Shown here one piece after another: positions 40,636 to 50,305 of a DNA stretch of 64,000 nt (its first letter is position 1; every line of letters starts with the position of its first letter). The stretch covers positions 5,488 to 69,487 of the forward strand of contig JAGLDR010000076.1 of NCBI GenBank assembly GCA_023145475.1, read 5' to 3'. This DNA is from a bacterium. GTDB lineage: Bacteria; UBP6; UBA1177; JAGLDR01. A model generated the notes under the pieces. It did not search any database. It saw only the letters and a program-made list of their open reading frames with translations, and had not been told where the DNA came from. The position numbers and the translations under genes are program-made.

Positions 40636-42381
40636 ATGTCTACACGATTTCTAACACTTTTGATGGCGCTTTTTTTGGCAAGTGGATGTGGAGAAACAGC
40701 CCACTCAAATGAGCAAGATGATTCTGACACTTTTTTATCTGATGCTGCTGTCGATGACAACGCTTTTGATGACTCTCAGGACGCTGCTCTCTCTGATGAA
40801 GATGCCGCAATTGACGACAGAGATTCAGCCACCGAGCAAGATAACGAAACAAGTGATGAGGATACACCTCCTCTAACATCTTTAGAGCCAGAAGAAATTT
40901 CTGAATACAATGCTCTTATTATTACAACAGAGTTGTTAAAACCATCGTTCACAAAACTTGCAGCACTCCACACAATGGTCGGCATTCCAACGAAGGTCGT
41001 TACCATTTCAGAGATATGCGGTTCATCGTGTGATGACACCGACACAAAAAATGACACTGCAAAAAAGGTTAAAGAGTATCTCATAGCAACACCTGCGCTT
41101 CGCTTTGTTGTTCTTGGTGGTGATATTGATGATGTGCCATCACGCAGAGTGCATGATACCTACAGCAACACTTTTGCGGGCTCATTTACCTCTGATTTTT
41201 ATACTGACTACTACTTTAGCGATTTTTCTGAGTGGGATACAAACGGTGATGGCGTTTACGCAGAAGATGGCTCCGACTCTCCAGATTTCAAGCCAAAAGT
41301 TGGCGTTTCAAGAATCCCTGTCTCAACAGTTGATGAGGCAGACTCCTATATTCAAAAAGTGGAATCTTATATCACACACTATGATCCAGATGCAATGAAT
41401 CGTGTCGGCTTGACAGCAAACATTGCAACAAACTACAACGGCATTGTCATCAATGCAGGATACTATTTTGAATCCCCAGATCGCACTGTTTCACTGATTC
41501 CTCCACACTTCACCAAAGAAAAGCTATACGCTGCAACTGTTCCGCAGGCTGCTGCTGATGCGGAAAAAATCTCTATTGATTCACAAATAGCAATGTTTAC
41601 AAATGGAACAAACATTATTATTCACAATGGGCATGGCTCGCCTGCACTGCTTACCTGTGAGCAAACGGGGGATGACCTCGATTTCACCGGAGATATGGCG
41701 GCAGAACTTACTAACACAGTATTCCCCATCTTTCTTTCATGCGCCTGTCAAGCAGGGCAATTTGAGGCACCATTCACCTATCACTATACCAGTGGAGGTG
41801 TTGAAAAAGAGCGAGTTTATACAGAGGATTCACCAGGAGAACGCCTTGTTACAGCACCTGCCGGCGGTGGTATTGCCTATCTCGGAAATACGACAACGGG
41901 GCTTGGTCTTGCTGGTGGAAGCCAACTTATTGATGAGATGCTTCGCTATATATTTACTGTTCCAAATCCTATCTTAGGTGACGCACTCATTGCTGGACAC
42001 CAATATCTTAAAGAGAATGATACCTTTCAACCACCTTTAATTGCGCTTCCAATCCCTGTTGTTGACCCTGATAGCTACAGGTGGACACAAAAATCTGTTG
42101 TTCTCCTTGGAGATTTGCTCATTCCTGTCTATACAACGCCTCTGTTGCAGCAGTTAGATTCATTTGTTTTTGATGCAAAAGCCAGCGATGGAGGAATAGC
42201 AATCACACTTCCTCAAACTGAGTGCACAATTTCGATTTTTGATACACAGAAGTATTACACTGTTGACAAGTGCTCCGAAACAAGCTGTTCATACCATATT
42301 ACAACGCCTTCAAAAAAACTTTTTTCTGTCAGAAAGTGTGAAGGATATCAACCAAAAACCTTTAGTATTACAGTGGATTAA
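40636..42381 (+). CDS. peptidase C25 (gingipain-like) family cysteine peptidase lipoprotein with acidic linker
   Basis: MSTRFLTLLMALFLASGCGE lipobox, then a D/S-rich linker. YNALIITTELLKPSFTKLAALHTMVGIPTKVVTISEI...FVVLGGDIDDVPS matches the C25 N-terminal domain. The catalytic dyad candidates are HNGHGSP (His) and FLSCACQAGQF (Cys). Confidence 0.65.
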   Translation: MSTRFLTLLMALFLASGCGETAHSNEQDDSDTFLSDAAVDDNAFDDSQDAALSDEDAAIDDRDSATEQDNETSDEDTPPLTSLEPEEISEYNALIITTELLKPSFTKLAALHTMVGIPTKVVTISEICGSSCDDTDTKNDTAKKVKEYLIATPALRFVVLGGDIDDVPSRRVHDTYSNTFAGSFTSDFYTDYYFSDFSEWDTNGDGVYAEDGSDSPDFKPKVGVSRIPVSTVDEADSYIQKVESYITHYDPDAMNRVGLTANIATNYNGIVINAGYYFESPDRTVSLIPPHFTKEKLYAATVPQAAADAEKISIDSQIAMFTNGTNIIIHNGHGSPALLTCEQTGDDLDFTGDMAAELTNTVFPIFLSCACQAGQFEAPFTYHYTSGGVEKERVYTEDSPGERLVTAPAGGGIAYLGNTTTGLGLAGGSQLIDEMLRYIFTVPNPILGDALIAGHQYLKENDTFQPPLIALPIPVVDPDSYRWTQKSVVLLGDLLIPVYTTPLLQQLDSFVFDAKASDGGIAITLPQTECTISIFDTQKYYTVDKCSETSCSYHITTPSKKLFSVRKCEGYQPKTFSITVD

Positions 42382-42520
42382 AACCCATCACTCTTTTTTT
42401 ATTCCTTTTTTCTCTGCATTATTGTTGAAACAATTATTTTTATGAGTACACTATCTTCCGTTACATAGTGTCGTGGTGGAACTATTGTATTTTGACGTCA
42501 ATCGTAAGATGGAGGCATTG

Positions 42521-43303
42521 ATGAAAAAGATTTTATTACTTTTGGTTGTGTTTGGAATGTTTGTTATTGTTGGTTGTGGATCAGACAATCCTATTATGGG
42601 AGCGACAGATCAAACCACATCTGATGCAGATATTGCAGATACTGGTAGCGACACCGATGTAGCAGACACGAGTGATAGTGCTGACACGAGTGACACCGCA
42701 GATACTGGTGACACTGGTGATACTGGCGACACAAGTGATACTGGCGACACCAATGTTGGCAAACACTGTGAAAAAGATCCAGATTGTGGCACAGGACTTA
42801 TTTGTGTTAATCAAAAATGTGCAATGGGTTGTAAAACTGATGATGAGTGTAAAACCTATGGCTCTCTTCGTTGTAACAAAAAACTTGGTCGTTGTTTGAA
42901 CTTAGCTGCTTCTAGCCAAGCTTGTTCTGAAAGCAAATGTCCAAAAGGTTGTTGTTACTCTAACGACGGTTTTACTGAGCTTAAATGTGCTGCAACATTC
43001 AGTGTTGGAACATGTGGCATGTGTCCTCAAGGTCAAGTTTTCCGTGGTGGAAACGAGTGTGTCCCTGCTGTCTGTTCGGCTACCAATGACAAGTGCCCAA
43101 CATACAATGCATCCGAACCTAAGAAAGAGTGTTTCGAATGTAAAGCTGGTGCTCTTATCTGTTACGAGAATCCAACTTGTGGAACAGGATCAGGAAGTGG
43201 TATTGTTGTGAATGCACTGAGCTGTACACCAGCTGGTCAAGTCTGTAATGCAGACAGCGACTGCTGTAGTGGACAACCTTGTATTGAAGGATACTGCTAC
43301 TAA
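42521..43303 (+). CDS. small lipoprotein: DT(G/S) tandem-repeat linker + Cys-rich (about 30 Cys) C-terminal domain
   Basis: GGAGG RBS; MKKILLLLVVFGMFVIVGCGSD lipobox; a (DTG/DTS) repeat linker; then an ~180-aa domain with many paired Cys residues (CEKDPDCGTGLICVNQKCAMGCKTDDECK...). Confidence 0.55.
   Translation: MKKILLLLVVFGMFVIVGCGSDNPIMGATDQTTSDADIADTGSDTDVADTSDSADTSDTADTGDTGDTGDTSDTGDTNVGKHCEKDPDCGTGLICVNQKCAMGCKTDDECKTYGSLRCNKKLGRCLNLAASSQACSESKCPKGCCYSNDGFTELKCAATFSVGTCGMCPQGQVFRGGNECVPAVCSATNDKCPTYNASEPKKECFECKAGALICYENPTCGTGSGSGIVVNALSCTPAGQVCNADSDCCSGQPCIEGYCY
42634..42752 (+). repeat. in-frame 9-nt tandem repeats (GAYACYGGY/GAYAGYGCY) encoding (DTG/DTS/DSA)n
   Basis: The most regular core is 42701-42751: gatactggt gacactggt gatactggc gacacaagt gatactggc gacacc. 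Confidence 0.7.
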
Positions 43304-44397
43304 TCTAGTAGACTCTCTTTTTTCAAAATAATTACGATATCATTTAGATTCAATCCCGTTGCCTCTATTTCTATAGAAAACCCCAGGTTATTAATAAGTG
43401 TACCACTATCAAACCGTCGCAGAAAATCTCCTGTTACATTCAAATCTTTTAAAAGAAGAGCAGAAAAAGGAATAACGCCACCGGCAGCTAACGAGTTACC
43501 ATCAACCCCATCTGTGGCAAACGCCTCAATAGAAATATCATCAGAAATTGTATCTAAAACAGAAAGGAGAAGATGACTCATTCGCCCCCCTTTTCCACCT
43601 TTTCCCTCTATGGCAAGAGTTGACTCTCCTGCAATAATTGCAGCCTCTCCCGATTGTAAAAGGTGCATCTGCTTTTTTACTAATGCCACAAGAGATCTGT
43701 GAGTATCCATAAAGTAGGGCGTTGAAAAACGGATAGTATAACCACAATCCTGCAGCTTTTCCTCGACAGCAGTAACCACCAATTGTGAACTTGCCACCTC
43801 ATAAATCGAAGTTTTTAAATGCAAAGAAGAGTAAAATGGCATAGAGCCCACCATTTTATATCCATCGAGAGCGGGGATATCACTCATAACTGCGACACTA
43901 AATGTTTTTTGTGGAAACATCATCGCTAACTTTCCGCCTTTAATCAAAGAGTGCTCAGCACGAATAGCATTAATCTCAACAATTGATTTGTGCGAAGTAA
44001 TCAAGCTATTCAAAAAGCTGAGATGAGCTCTATCATCTAACAATTCAACAGCTGCACTACTTCCACCACTTACTAATGCAACTACGGTGGTTATCTTTGA
44101 AGAGGCAATTGCCTCAACCAACTTTTGACCTGCATCAAGACTTCTTTCTGATATAAATGGGTGCGTTGTTTCTATCAACTGGACAGATGATGATAGGCTC
44201 TCTGGCAGTGGATATCCCTCCGGAATAATCAGCAAGGCATTTGAAAAAAGATAGTGAGGATATTGCTCACAAAATTGCTGATACATTAATGCTGCTGCCT
44301 TTCCTGTTGCAACAATGAGTGTCTGTTTTGGAGTAGAGTGAGGATTATGAAACAAGAGTTTAAAAGAGTGAAGCAGTGGCGCAACAATGGACTTCAT
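43300..44397 (-). CDS. glycerate kinase (MOFRL/GckA family)-like
   Basis: IVATGKAAALM, LVSGGSSAAVELL, IRAEHSLIKGGKLA, IAGESTLAIEGKGGKGGR and AFATDGVDGNSLAAGG match MOFRL glycerate 2-kinase blocks. At 365 aa it is shorter than typical. Confidence 0.55.
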   Translation of the reverse strand: MKSIVAPLLHSFKLLFHNPHSTPKQTLIVATGKAAALMYQQFCEQYPHYLFSNALLIIPEGYPLPESLSSSVQLIETTHPFISERSLDAGQKLVEAIASSKITTVVALVSGGSSAAVELLDDRAHLSFLNSLITSHKSIVEINAIRAEHSLIKGGKLAMMFPQKTFSVAVMSDIPALDGYKMVGSMPFYSSLHLKTSIYEVASSQLVVTAVEEKLQDCGYTIRFSTPYFMDTHRSLVALVKKQMHLLQSGEAAIIAGESTLAIEGKGGKGGRMSHLLLSVLDTISDDISIEAFATDGVDGNSLAAGGVIPFSALLLKDLNVTGDFLRRFDSGTLINNLGFSIEIEATGLNLNDIVIILKKESLLD

Positions 44398-46403
44398 GCT
44401 TGATTAATCGCATCAATATCAATGGTACAGAGTACACTTCGCGGAATAAATGTTGTATTAAGAGTCGTTTTAATTGCTATTCTCAACTCTTTTGCCTTTG
44501 GAGAGCTCAAAGCAATCACACGGCGAAACTTCCCCATCACGCGATAGAGTGGCGGCTTCACTGGCGGTTGTACACGAAGCGTTTCTGACTGGTAAGCAGA
44601 GAGTGTTTGGTATAACTTTCCTGCTATCTCTTCTACCTTGTCATCATCCGCACCAGAAACTTTCAAAAGCGCCATTCGTGAAAAGGGGGGCAAAAAGAGC
44701 TGCTCACGCCACTCAAGCTCTTCATCCATAAATCCTGCGTAATCACCATTTTTGATATGCTCCCAGATATAGTGAGTCGGCTGCATCGCCTCTGCCCAGA
44801 CCTCTCCATTTCCGCCTGTTCTTCCCACTCGACCTGCAACTTGCATTACAACTTGATAGCACCGCTCTGCGGCACGATAATCTCTAAAATTAAGCATATA
44901 ATCAGCAAATTTGATAATGGAGAGATGCAAATCAGGAAAATTATGTCCCTTGCTAATCATAATCGTCCCTAAAATGATATTTCCCGATCCCGTATGAATT
45001 TTCTCCATCGCTTCGGCTAACATTTTTTCATTAGGAATACTATCTCTATCAACTGAAATAATCTCTTTTTCAGGAAAATAGTGAGAGAGTGCTTCATACA
45101 ATTTCTCAATTCCAATGCCGTCTAAACGAAGATGTGTCGAATTACATTCAGAGCAGTGAGCAAGAGGCAAACTGCGGCCACAGTGGTGGCACAGTAAAAC
45201 ACCTTTTTTGCGATGGTAAATCATCGCCGTCTTGCAGACAGCGCACTCCTGCACCGCCTTACAGTCATCACAAATTGCCAAGGTTGCGTATCCTCGACGG
45301 TTGAGAAAAAAGAGAATATTATTATCCTGCTCAAGCTCTTCTGCAGCCTTTACAACGATATTACTTGGAAGATAGATATCTCCTTTATAGGGAAATGTCT
45401 TTATTGTGGGCAACGCTCCCTTTCCATATCTTTTCAGAAGTTGTTCAAGATGATATTTACCGGCCTGCGTGGCATTATACCAACTTTCAGATGAAGGTGT
45501 CGCACTTCCTAAAAGAAGAGGGATTTTCAGCAGGTGGGCAAGCATAATGGCACTATCTCTGCCATGATAATAGGGTGGCTCCATATTTTTATAGCTACTG
45601 TCATGCTCTTCATCAACAATAATCAACCGAAGATTCTTCTGAGGATAGAGAAGTGCAGAGCGAGTACCAACAACAAGTGCAAAATTGCCTTGCATCACTC
45701 CAGCTGCCGACAAAAAGCGTGCTTTTGGCTTCAGAAAACTGTGAAGCCGAGCAACAGAGATGCCAAGCCTCTTCTCAATCGATTGCGCAGTTGGCTCAAT
45801 CAGACCAATCTCAGGCACAAGATAGAGAACTTGTCCACCATCTTCTATAATACTCTTTGCAAGTTGCAGATATACCTCTGTCTTTCCACTGCCCGTAATT
45901 CCATAGAGCAGTGTCGGCGTATACTCTTTTTTCTTCCAGCGTGCCGCAATAGCAGCAATCACCCTCGCCTGCTCTTCTGTCGGTTGAACCGCTCTATCTT
46001 GGTGAGGAAGAGCAAAAGAAACTGCAGCTGGCATCACTCCTCTCAGCGTTCGATTTGGCTTGAGATAAGGTGTAATAACCTGCTTAATTAACTTAGGAAT
46101 TGAATAGATATAATATTCTGACAGCCACTGCAAAAATGTAAAAAAAGGGGTGTTTGGAATCAGTGGGGTAGAAAATATTGGCCCACGAATTGGCTTGAGC
46201 GTAAAAGACGCAGAATCAGGCAATTCATCAAGAAGCTCTATAACAAGAGCCCAAATCAAAGAGTTTCGCACCTCAACCTCGACAACCGTTCCAATCGAAA
46301 TAGATATGGCATCTGGAACTGCATAGTAAAAAGGGGGCAAATCAGCCCGAGGAACGACTACTTTTGCTATCTTACTCAAGTTGGTCTCGAAGATTTCGCA
46401 CAA
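44394..46403 (-). CDS. priA: primosomal protein N' (replication restart helicase PriA)
   Basis: 669 aa; helicase motifs GITGSGKT and DEEHD; tandem CxxC zinc-binding motifs (CDDCKAVQECAVCK...CHHCG...CSEC). Confidence 0.9.
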   Translation of the reverse strand: MCEIFETNLSKIAKVVVPRADLPPFYYAVPDAISISIGTVVEVEVRNSLIWALVIELLDELPDSASFTLKPIRGPIFSTPLIPNTPFFTFLQWLSEYYIYSIPKLIKQVITPYLKPNRTLRGVMPAAVSFALPHQDRAVQPTEEQARVIAAIAARWKKKEYTPTLLYGITGSGKTEVYLQLAKSIIEDGGQVLYLVPEIGLIEPTAQSIEKRLGISVARLHSFLKPKARFLSAAGVMQGNFALVVGTRSALLYPQKNLRLIIVDEEHDSSYKNMEPPYYHGRDSAIMLAHLLKIPLLLGSATPSSESWYNATQAGKYHLEQLLKRYGKGALPTIKTFPYKGDIYLPSNIVVKAAEELEQDNNILFFLNRRGYATLAICDDCKAVQECAVCKTAMIYHRKKGVLLCHHCGRSLPLAHCSECNSTHLRLDGIGIEKLYEALSHYFPEKEIISVDRDSIPNEKMLAEAMEKIHTGSGNIILGTIMISKGHNFPDLHLSIIKFADYMLNFRDYRAAERCYQVVMQVAGRVGRTGGNGEVWAEAMQPTHYIWEHIKNGDYAGFMDEELEWREQLFLPPFSRMALLKVSGADDDKVEEIAGKLYQTLSAYQSETLRVQPPVKPPLYRVMGKFRRVIALSSPKAKELRIAIKTTLNTTFIPRSVLCTIDIDAINQA

Positions 46404-46872
46404 TCTCTTTTATAAAGCTCGAAAGAACATTCTCTCTTAAAAATGTTGGCATATCAATGCACATCGTTCCTGAAATCGTGACCAGTGTTCCCGTCTGAAA
46501 TTTCACTGTTTTGATGACAAGAGTCTTCACCTTATCTGAGCCAGTAAAAACCAGAGTGAACTCTTTAGACGATACAGAGACTGACTCCTCTATATCACTG
46601 TAAGGCCACGGCAAATCAACAAGAATCTTTTTATCAACAATAGATATATAGCCAAAATCAAACTTTGCGTTAGAGAGTGCTTCAAACACTTGTTTCGGAG
46701 AGGCATCCTCAATCATACCTCGACCGGTCAAATCCGTACACCCAGCAGCATCAAGAACAAAAGAGTAGAGAACCTCTTTGCTTTCTAGTCGGGTTGAATC
46801 ATCTCGCGTTATGCATCCTGAAAACAAGATAGCGATAACAAGCAGCAATAGTAGCACTTTTTTATTAGACAT
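46372..46872 (-). CDS. small lipoprotein, hypothetical
   Basis: MSNKKVLLLLLVIAILFSGC lipobox; 166 aa. It overlaps the priA start by 32 nt and the upstream gene by 1 nt. Confidence 0.4.
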   Translation of the reverse strand: MSNKKVLLLLLVIAILFSGCITRDDSTRLESKEVLYSFVLDAAGCTDLTGRGMIEDASPKQVFEALSNAKFDFGYISIVDKKILVDLPWPYSDIEESVSVSSKEFTLVFTGSDKVKTLVIKTVKFQTGTLVTISGTMCIDMPTFLRENVLSSFIKEIVRNLRDQLE

Positions 46873-47429
46873 TATTGTTTGTACTCCTTTCGAATAAAAA
46901 GACAGAAATTGTGAGAAGATTGAGCATCAATAAGATCTATTCTTCCAGGAAATGCAAGAGGAAAAACACTTTTATGATAGTCGGTAAAACGCAATGTTAC
47001 ACCATCTGAGAAGAGCTCAGCAGGCAACTTTGTATCTCGGTAAATTGCTAAATAGGGAAGACTTTCTGCGTGAGATGACTTGCCATACACAACGACAATT
47101 GGACCACCTTTCCACGCAACATCAACGATTTTTTTTGTGCCGTCAATGCCAAACTCCTTTAAAAGAGCCTGAAATGCAGCAACGCTTTTCGCCTCTTCTT
47201 TTTGTGGTGGTGTAAAGAATATTTTTGTCCACTTTGTCTGTAACTCACTCTCCTCAACACTCAGTGTCAAGCCATCTTTTCCTTTTGATATGGTGGCCTT
47301 TTTTCCGTTACACTCTCCAGATTGAGCTTCAATATGAGCAACAGCGCCAACCGTTGTAGAGAGAACTTGATGTTCAAATGTATGAGCCTGTGGAACAGCA
47401 AGCAATAAAAATAGAAAGGCTTTTATCAT
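46872..47429 (-). CDS. small secreted protein, hypothetical (possible LolA/LolB-like fold, weak)
   Basis: 185 aa with a signal peptide MIKAFLFLLLAVPQAHT. ATGA overlap with galU. The fold assignment is speculative. Confidence 0.35.
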   Translation of the reverse strand: MIKAFLFLLLAVPQAHTFEHQVLSTTVGAVAHIEAQSGECNGKKATISKGKDGLTLSVEESELQTKWTKIFFTPPQKEEAKSVAAFQALLKEFGIDGTKKIVDVAWKGGPIVVVYGKSSHAESLPYLAIYRDTKLPAELFSDGVTLRFTDYHKSVFPLAFPGRIDLIDAQSSHNFCLFIRKEYKQ

Positions 47430-48286
47430 CTTCTAATATCCTCCAACAGCTTCTGTAGCTGAGTCATAAAATCAGGATGGTGCTGCGCAGCCATAAAAGC
47501 TGATGCCAAAGCGTACCCTTTTAAATCTCCAGTATCAAATACAAAGTCATCTTTATCCATAATAAGCCCATAAAGTTTTTCTCGCTTGATAAGCTCTGTC
47601 ATCGCATCTGTCAACTCCATTTCACCACTGCCATCGCGATAATCATGGCGTAAAATAGAGTGTAGTGTTGGAGTGAAAATATAGCGACCCATTATTGCAT
47701 ATCGTGATGGAGTCGCTCCTGGCAATGGCTTTTCAATCAGAGAAGATATTGAGAAAAGCCCCGAATCATCGATACTCCCTTCAACAATACCATATTTGGA
47801 AACCTCCTCTTCTGGCACTTCCATCAACGCGATAACTGATGCTCCACTCTGTTGAAAAGCATCAAACATCTTAGAAAACACCGCTTTTCCTTTTGAAAGA
47901 AAAATCATATCAGGCAGCATAACCGCAAACGGCTCATCGCCAACAGCCGCTAAGCCACTGAAAACAGCGTGGCCCAAACCTTTTGCCTCTTTTTGACGCA
48001 CTGAAATCACATCAATCAGTGAGCTCGTATAGTCCACCTGCTTTTGCAGTGCCGGTGCCATACTCTTTTTCATAGCCAGTCGTGGAGAAAAATCAAAGTG
48101 ATCTAATACACTCTCTTTCCCTGCAGCGGTAACAAAAACAGCGCCATCAAGCCCCGCATCAACAATCTCTTCAACAACATATTGAATAGCAGGCCTGTCA
48201 AAAACAGGGAAAAGCTCTTTTGGGACAGCTTTAGAGGCAGGAAGACAGCGTGTTGCCAATCCAGCGGCTGGAATAAGTGCTTTCAT
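47426..48286 (-). CDS. galU: UTP--glucose-1-phosphate uridylyltransferase
   Basis: MKALIPAAGLATRCLPASKAVPKELFPV is the canonical GalU N-terminus; 286 aa. Confidence 0.85.
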   Translation of the reverse strand: MKALIPAAGLATRCLPASKAVPKELFPVFDRPAIQYVVEEIVDAGLDGAVFVTAAGKESVLDHFDFSPRLAMKKSMAPALQKQVDYTSSLIDVISVRQKEAKGLGHAVFSGLAAVGDEPFAVMLPDMIFLSKGKAVFSKMFDAFQQSGASVIALMEVPEEEVSKYGIVEGSIDDSGLFSISSLIEKPLPGATPSRYAIMGRYIFTPTLHSILRHDYRDGSGEMELTDAMTELIKREKLYGLIMDKDDFVFDTGDLKGYALASAFMAAQHHPDFMTQLQKLLEDIRR

Positions 48287-48289
48287 CTA

Positions 48290-48676
48290 TTATCTCCTTC
48301 TTATCGATTTATCTCGCTCTTCTCGCTGCTCTTGCTCAAGCTTACACTCGATGCAAAGAGATGCCACAGGGCGTGTTTTCAGACGGTCGTGGGAAATTTC
48401 TAATCCACATGAATCACAAATTCCATAGCTTCCATCCTCAAACTTCCGAAGAGACGCTTGCAGTTTATTTATCATCTTTCTATCTCTATCACGCAACCTC
48501 AGAGCATAATTTCGCTGTTCAATCAATGCAGATTGATCCGCCTCATCACCTTCTAACCGTTGATTTGACATCACATCTTCCATTTCGTGAACACTCTTGC
48601 GATTGCGCTCTTCAATGTCACTTAACTCTTTCACCAAAACCTCTCGAAGTGTCTCTTTTTGCTTTTTGGTTACCAT
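48290..48676 (-). CDS. DksA/TraR-family C4 zinc-finger protein
   Basis: 128 aa; coiled-coil N-terminus and the CDSCGLEI...CIECK C4 finger. Confidence 0.7.
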   Translation of the reverse strand: MVTKKQKETLREVLVKELSDIEERNRKSVHEMEDVMSNQRLEGDEADQSALIEQRNYALRLRDRDRKMINKLQASLRKFEDGSYGICDSCGLEISHDRLKTRPVASLCIECKLEQEQREERDKSIRRR

Positions 48677-48878
48677 ACGAAACCTCCCACTTTATAATAA
48701 AAAGACTCATCTTCAGAAAACCCACATCATAAACTCTGTGAATATCCGCCTGCATTATAGTGAAATTCTTCTAACTTCTCAAGAAGAAAATACACTTTTC
48801 ACTCCTTTCCCTATTGATTTTTACAATTTGAGTGTTATCTTGTCCTGTCTGTCGTTCTTATTTTTTGGAGAGAGTACT

Positions 48879-50303
48879 ATGTGTGGAATCGCCGGAGTTT
48901 TTAATGTAGCTAATGCGCAAAATTTAGTAGCAAATATCCTTTTTTCTATCCAACATCGTGGACAGGAAAGCTGTGGTATTTCTGTTCGCACCGAAAGTGG
49001 GAATGTACTAACCTATAAAGGAATGGGACTTGTTAAGCATGTCCTTCTCCCTCAAATCCTTGAAAAATATAGCGGAAAGATTGCAATTGGCCATGTTCGC
49101 TACCCTACAGCTGGCAAAAGTAATGTTGTCAACAGTCAGCCTCACTCTATTGAGCTTGCAGAAGGTGCCCACATGTCCGTCTGTAGTAATGGCGACATTA
49201 TCAACTATTCAGAGTTACGAAATGAACTTGAAACAGAGCATGGATTTACCTTTAAAAGTGATAACGACGGTGAGCTGATTGGCCGACTTATCGCCTTTCA
49301 CCATGTTGTTCATAAAAAACCGATTGCAGAGGCAATTTTTGAGACACAGCAACAGTTGAAAGGTGCGTTTTCTACTGTTTTAATCTATCGTGACACAATG
49401 TATGGATTTCGCGACCCTCACGCATTTCGCCCCTTTTCTATTGGTCATATTTCGTGGGATGGTGAAGGAGAAATGCCTTCAGAAGGAACTGTATTTGCCT
49501 CTGAAAGCTGTGCTTTTGGTATTGTTGGTGCACGCCATGTCAGAGATCTTGAACCAGGAGAGATTGTTAAACTTGAAAAAAGCAAACCGATGTCGGTTGT
49601 AAAAATATCTCCAAAGAAACGGCAACACTGCGTTTTTGAACTTATCTATTTTTCTCGACCAGACAGTGAACTGTTTGATGAATATGTATATGATGTTCGC
49701 AATAAAATAGGGGCAACTCTTGCTAGAATGGATAACGATATTCCTGCAGGAGATGATCTTGTTGTCATCTCAGTGCCTGATTCATCTAACTTTGTAGCAC
49801 TCGGATACGCAGAAGAGAAGAAGGTACGATTTGATATGGGATTGCTCAGAAATCACTATGTTGGAAGAACTTTTACCCGCCCAGATCAAGCACAGAGAGA
49901 TGAAGGTGTGCGTCAGAAATTCAATCCACTTCCTGGTTTTTTCAAAGGAAAACGGGTCATTTTGGTGGATGATAGTATCGTCAGAGGAACCACTCTCAAA
50001 AAAATTGTCAGTATGGTTCGTGGAGCAGGCGCAAAAGAAATTCATGTTCGGATTGGCTCACCTCGTGTCATTGGCTCGTGCTATTACGGCATTGATACAC
50101 CAACAAGCAACGAGCTTATTGCCGCTCAAAAATCACTTGAAGAGATTACCGCTTACCTTAAAGCAGACTCTCTCAAATATACTCCTGTTGATGCTTTTCA
50201 ATCTATTCTCAAACACTTTAATCGCTACTGTTTTGCCTGTTTTAATCTGGATTACATCTATCAACCGGCTGATTTTTCAATTCCAACAAAAAGAGTAAAC
50301 TAA
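48879..50303 (+). CDS. purF: amidophosphoribosyltransferase
   Basis: The start MCGIAGVF (catalytic Cys1 after Met removal) is the hallmark PurF N-terminus. The PRPP-binding motif VILVDDSIVRGTT is present. The six-frame ORF start at 48597 is upstream read-through. Confidence 0.9.
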   Translation: MCGIAGVFNVANAQNLVANILFSIQHRGQESCGISVRTESGNVLTYKGMGLVKHVLLPQILEKYSGKIAIGHVRYPTAGKSNVVNSQPHSIELAEGAHMSVCSNGDIINYSELRNELETEHGFTFKSDNDGELIGRLIAFHHVVHKKPIAEAIFETQQQLKGAFSTVLIYRDTMYGFRDPHAFRPFSIGHISWDGEGEMPSEGTVFASESCAFGIVGARHVRDLEPGEIVKLEKSKPMSVVKISPKKRQHCVFELIYFSRPDSELFDEYVYDVRNKIGATLARMDNDIPAGDDLVVISVPDSSNFVALGYAEEKKVRFDMGLLRNHYVGRTFTRPDQAQRDEGVRQKFNPLPGFFKGKRVILVDDSIVRGTTLKKIVSMVRGAGAKEIHVRIGSPRVIGSCYYGIDTPTSNELIAAQKSLEEITAYLKADSLKYTPVDAFQSILKHFNRYCFACFNLDYIYQPADFSIPTKRVN

Positions 50304-50305
50304 CA

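Noticed and set aside
42634-42752. Tandem 9-nt repeats considered as a CRISPR-like array or ON/OFF phase-variation tract
   Set aside because: The units are directly adjacent, with no spacers, and lie inside a coding region as in-frame codon triplets. Copy-number change would alter linker length but not reading frame, so they form neither a CRISPR array nor a frameshift switch.
45534-46091. 185-aa plus-strand ORF
   Set aside because: Antisense to priA, which has full-length helicase and zinc-finger motifs on the minus strand. It has no RBS and no recognisable motifs.
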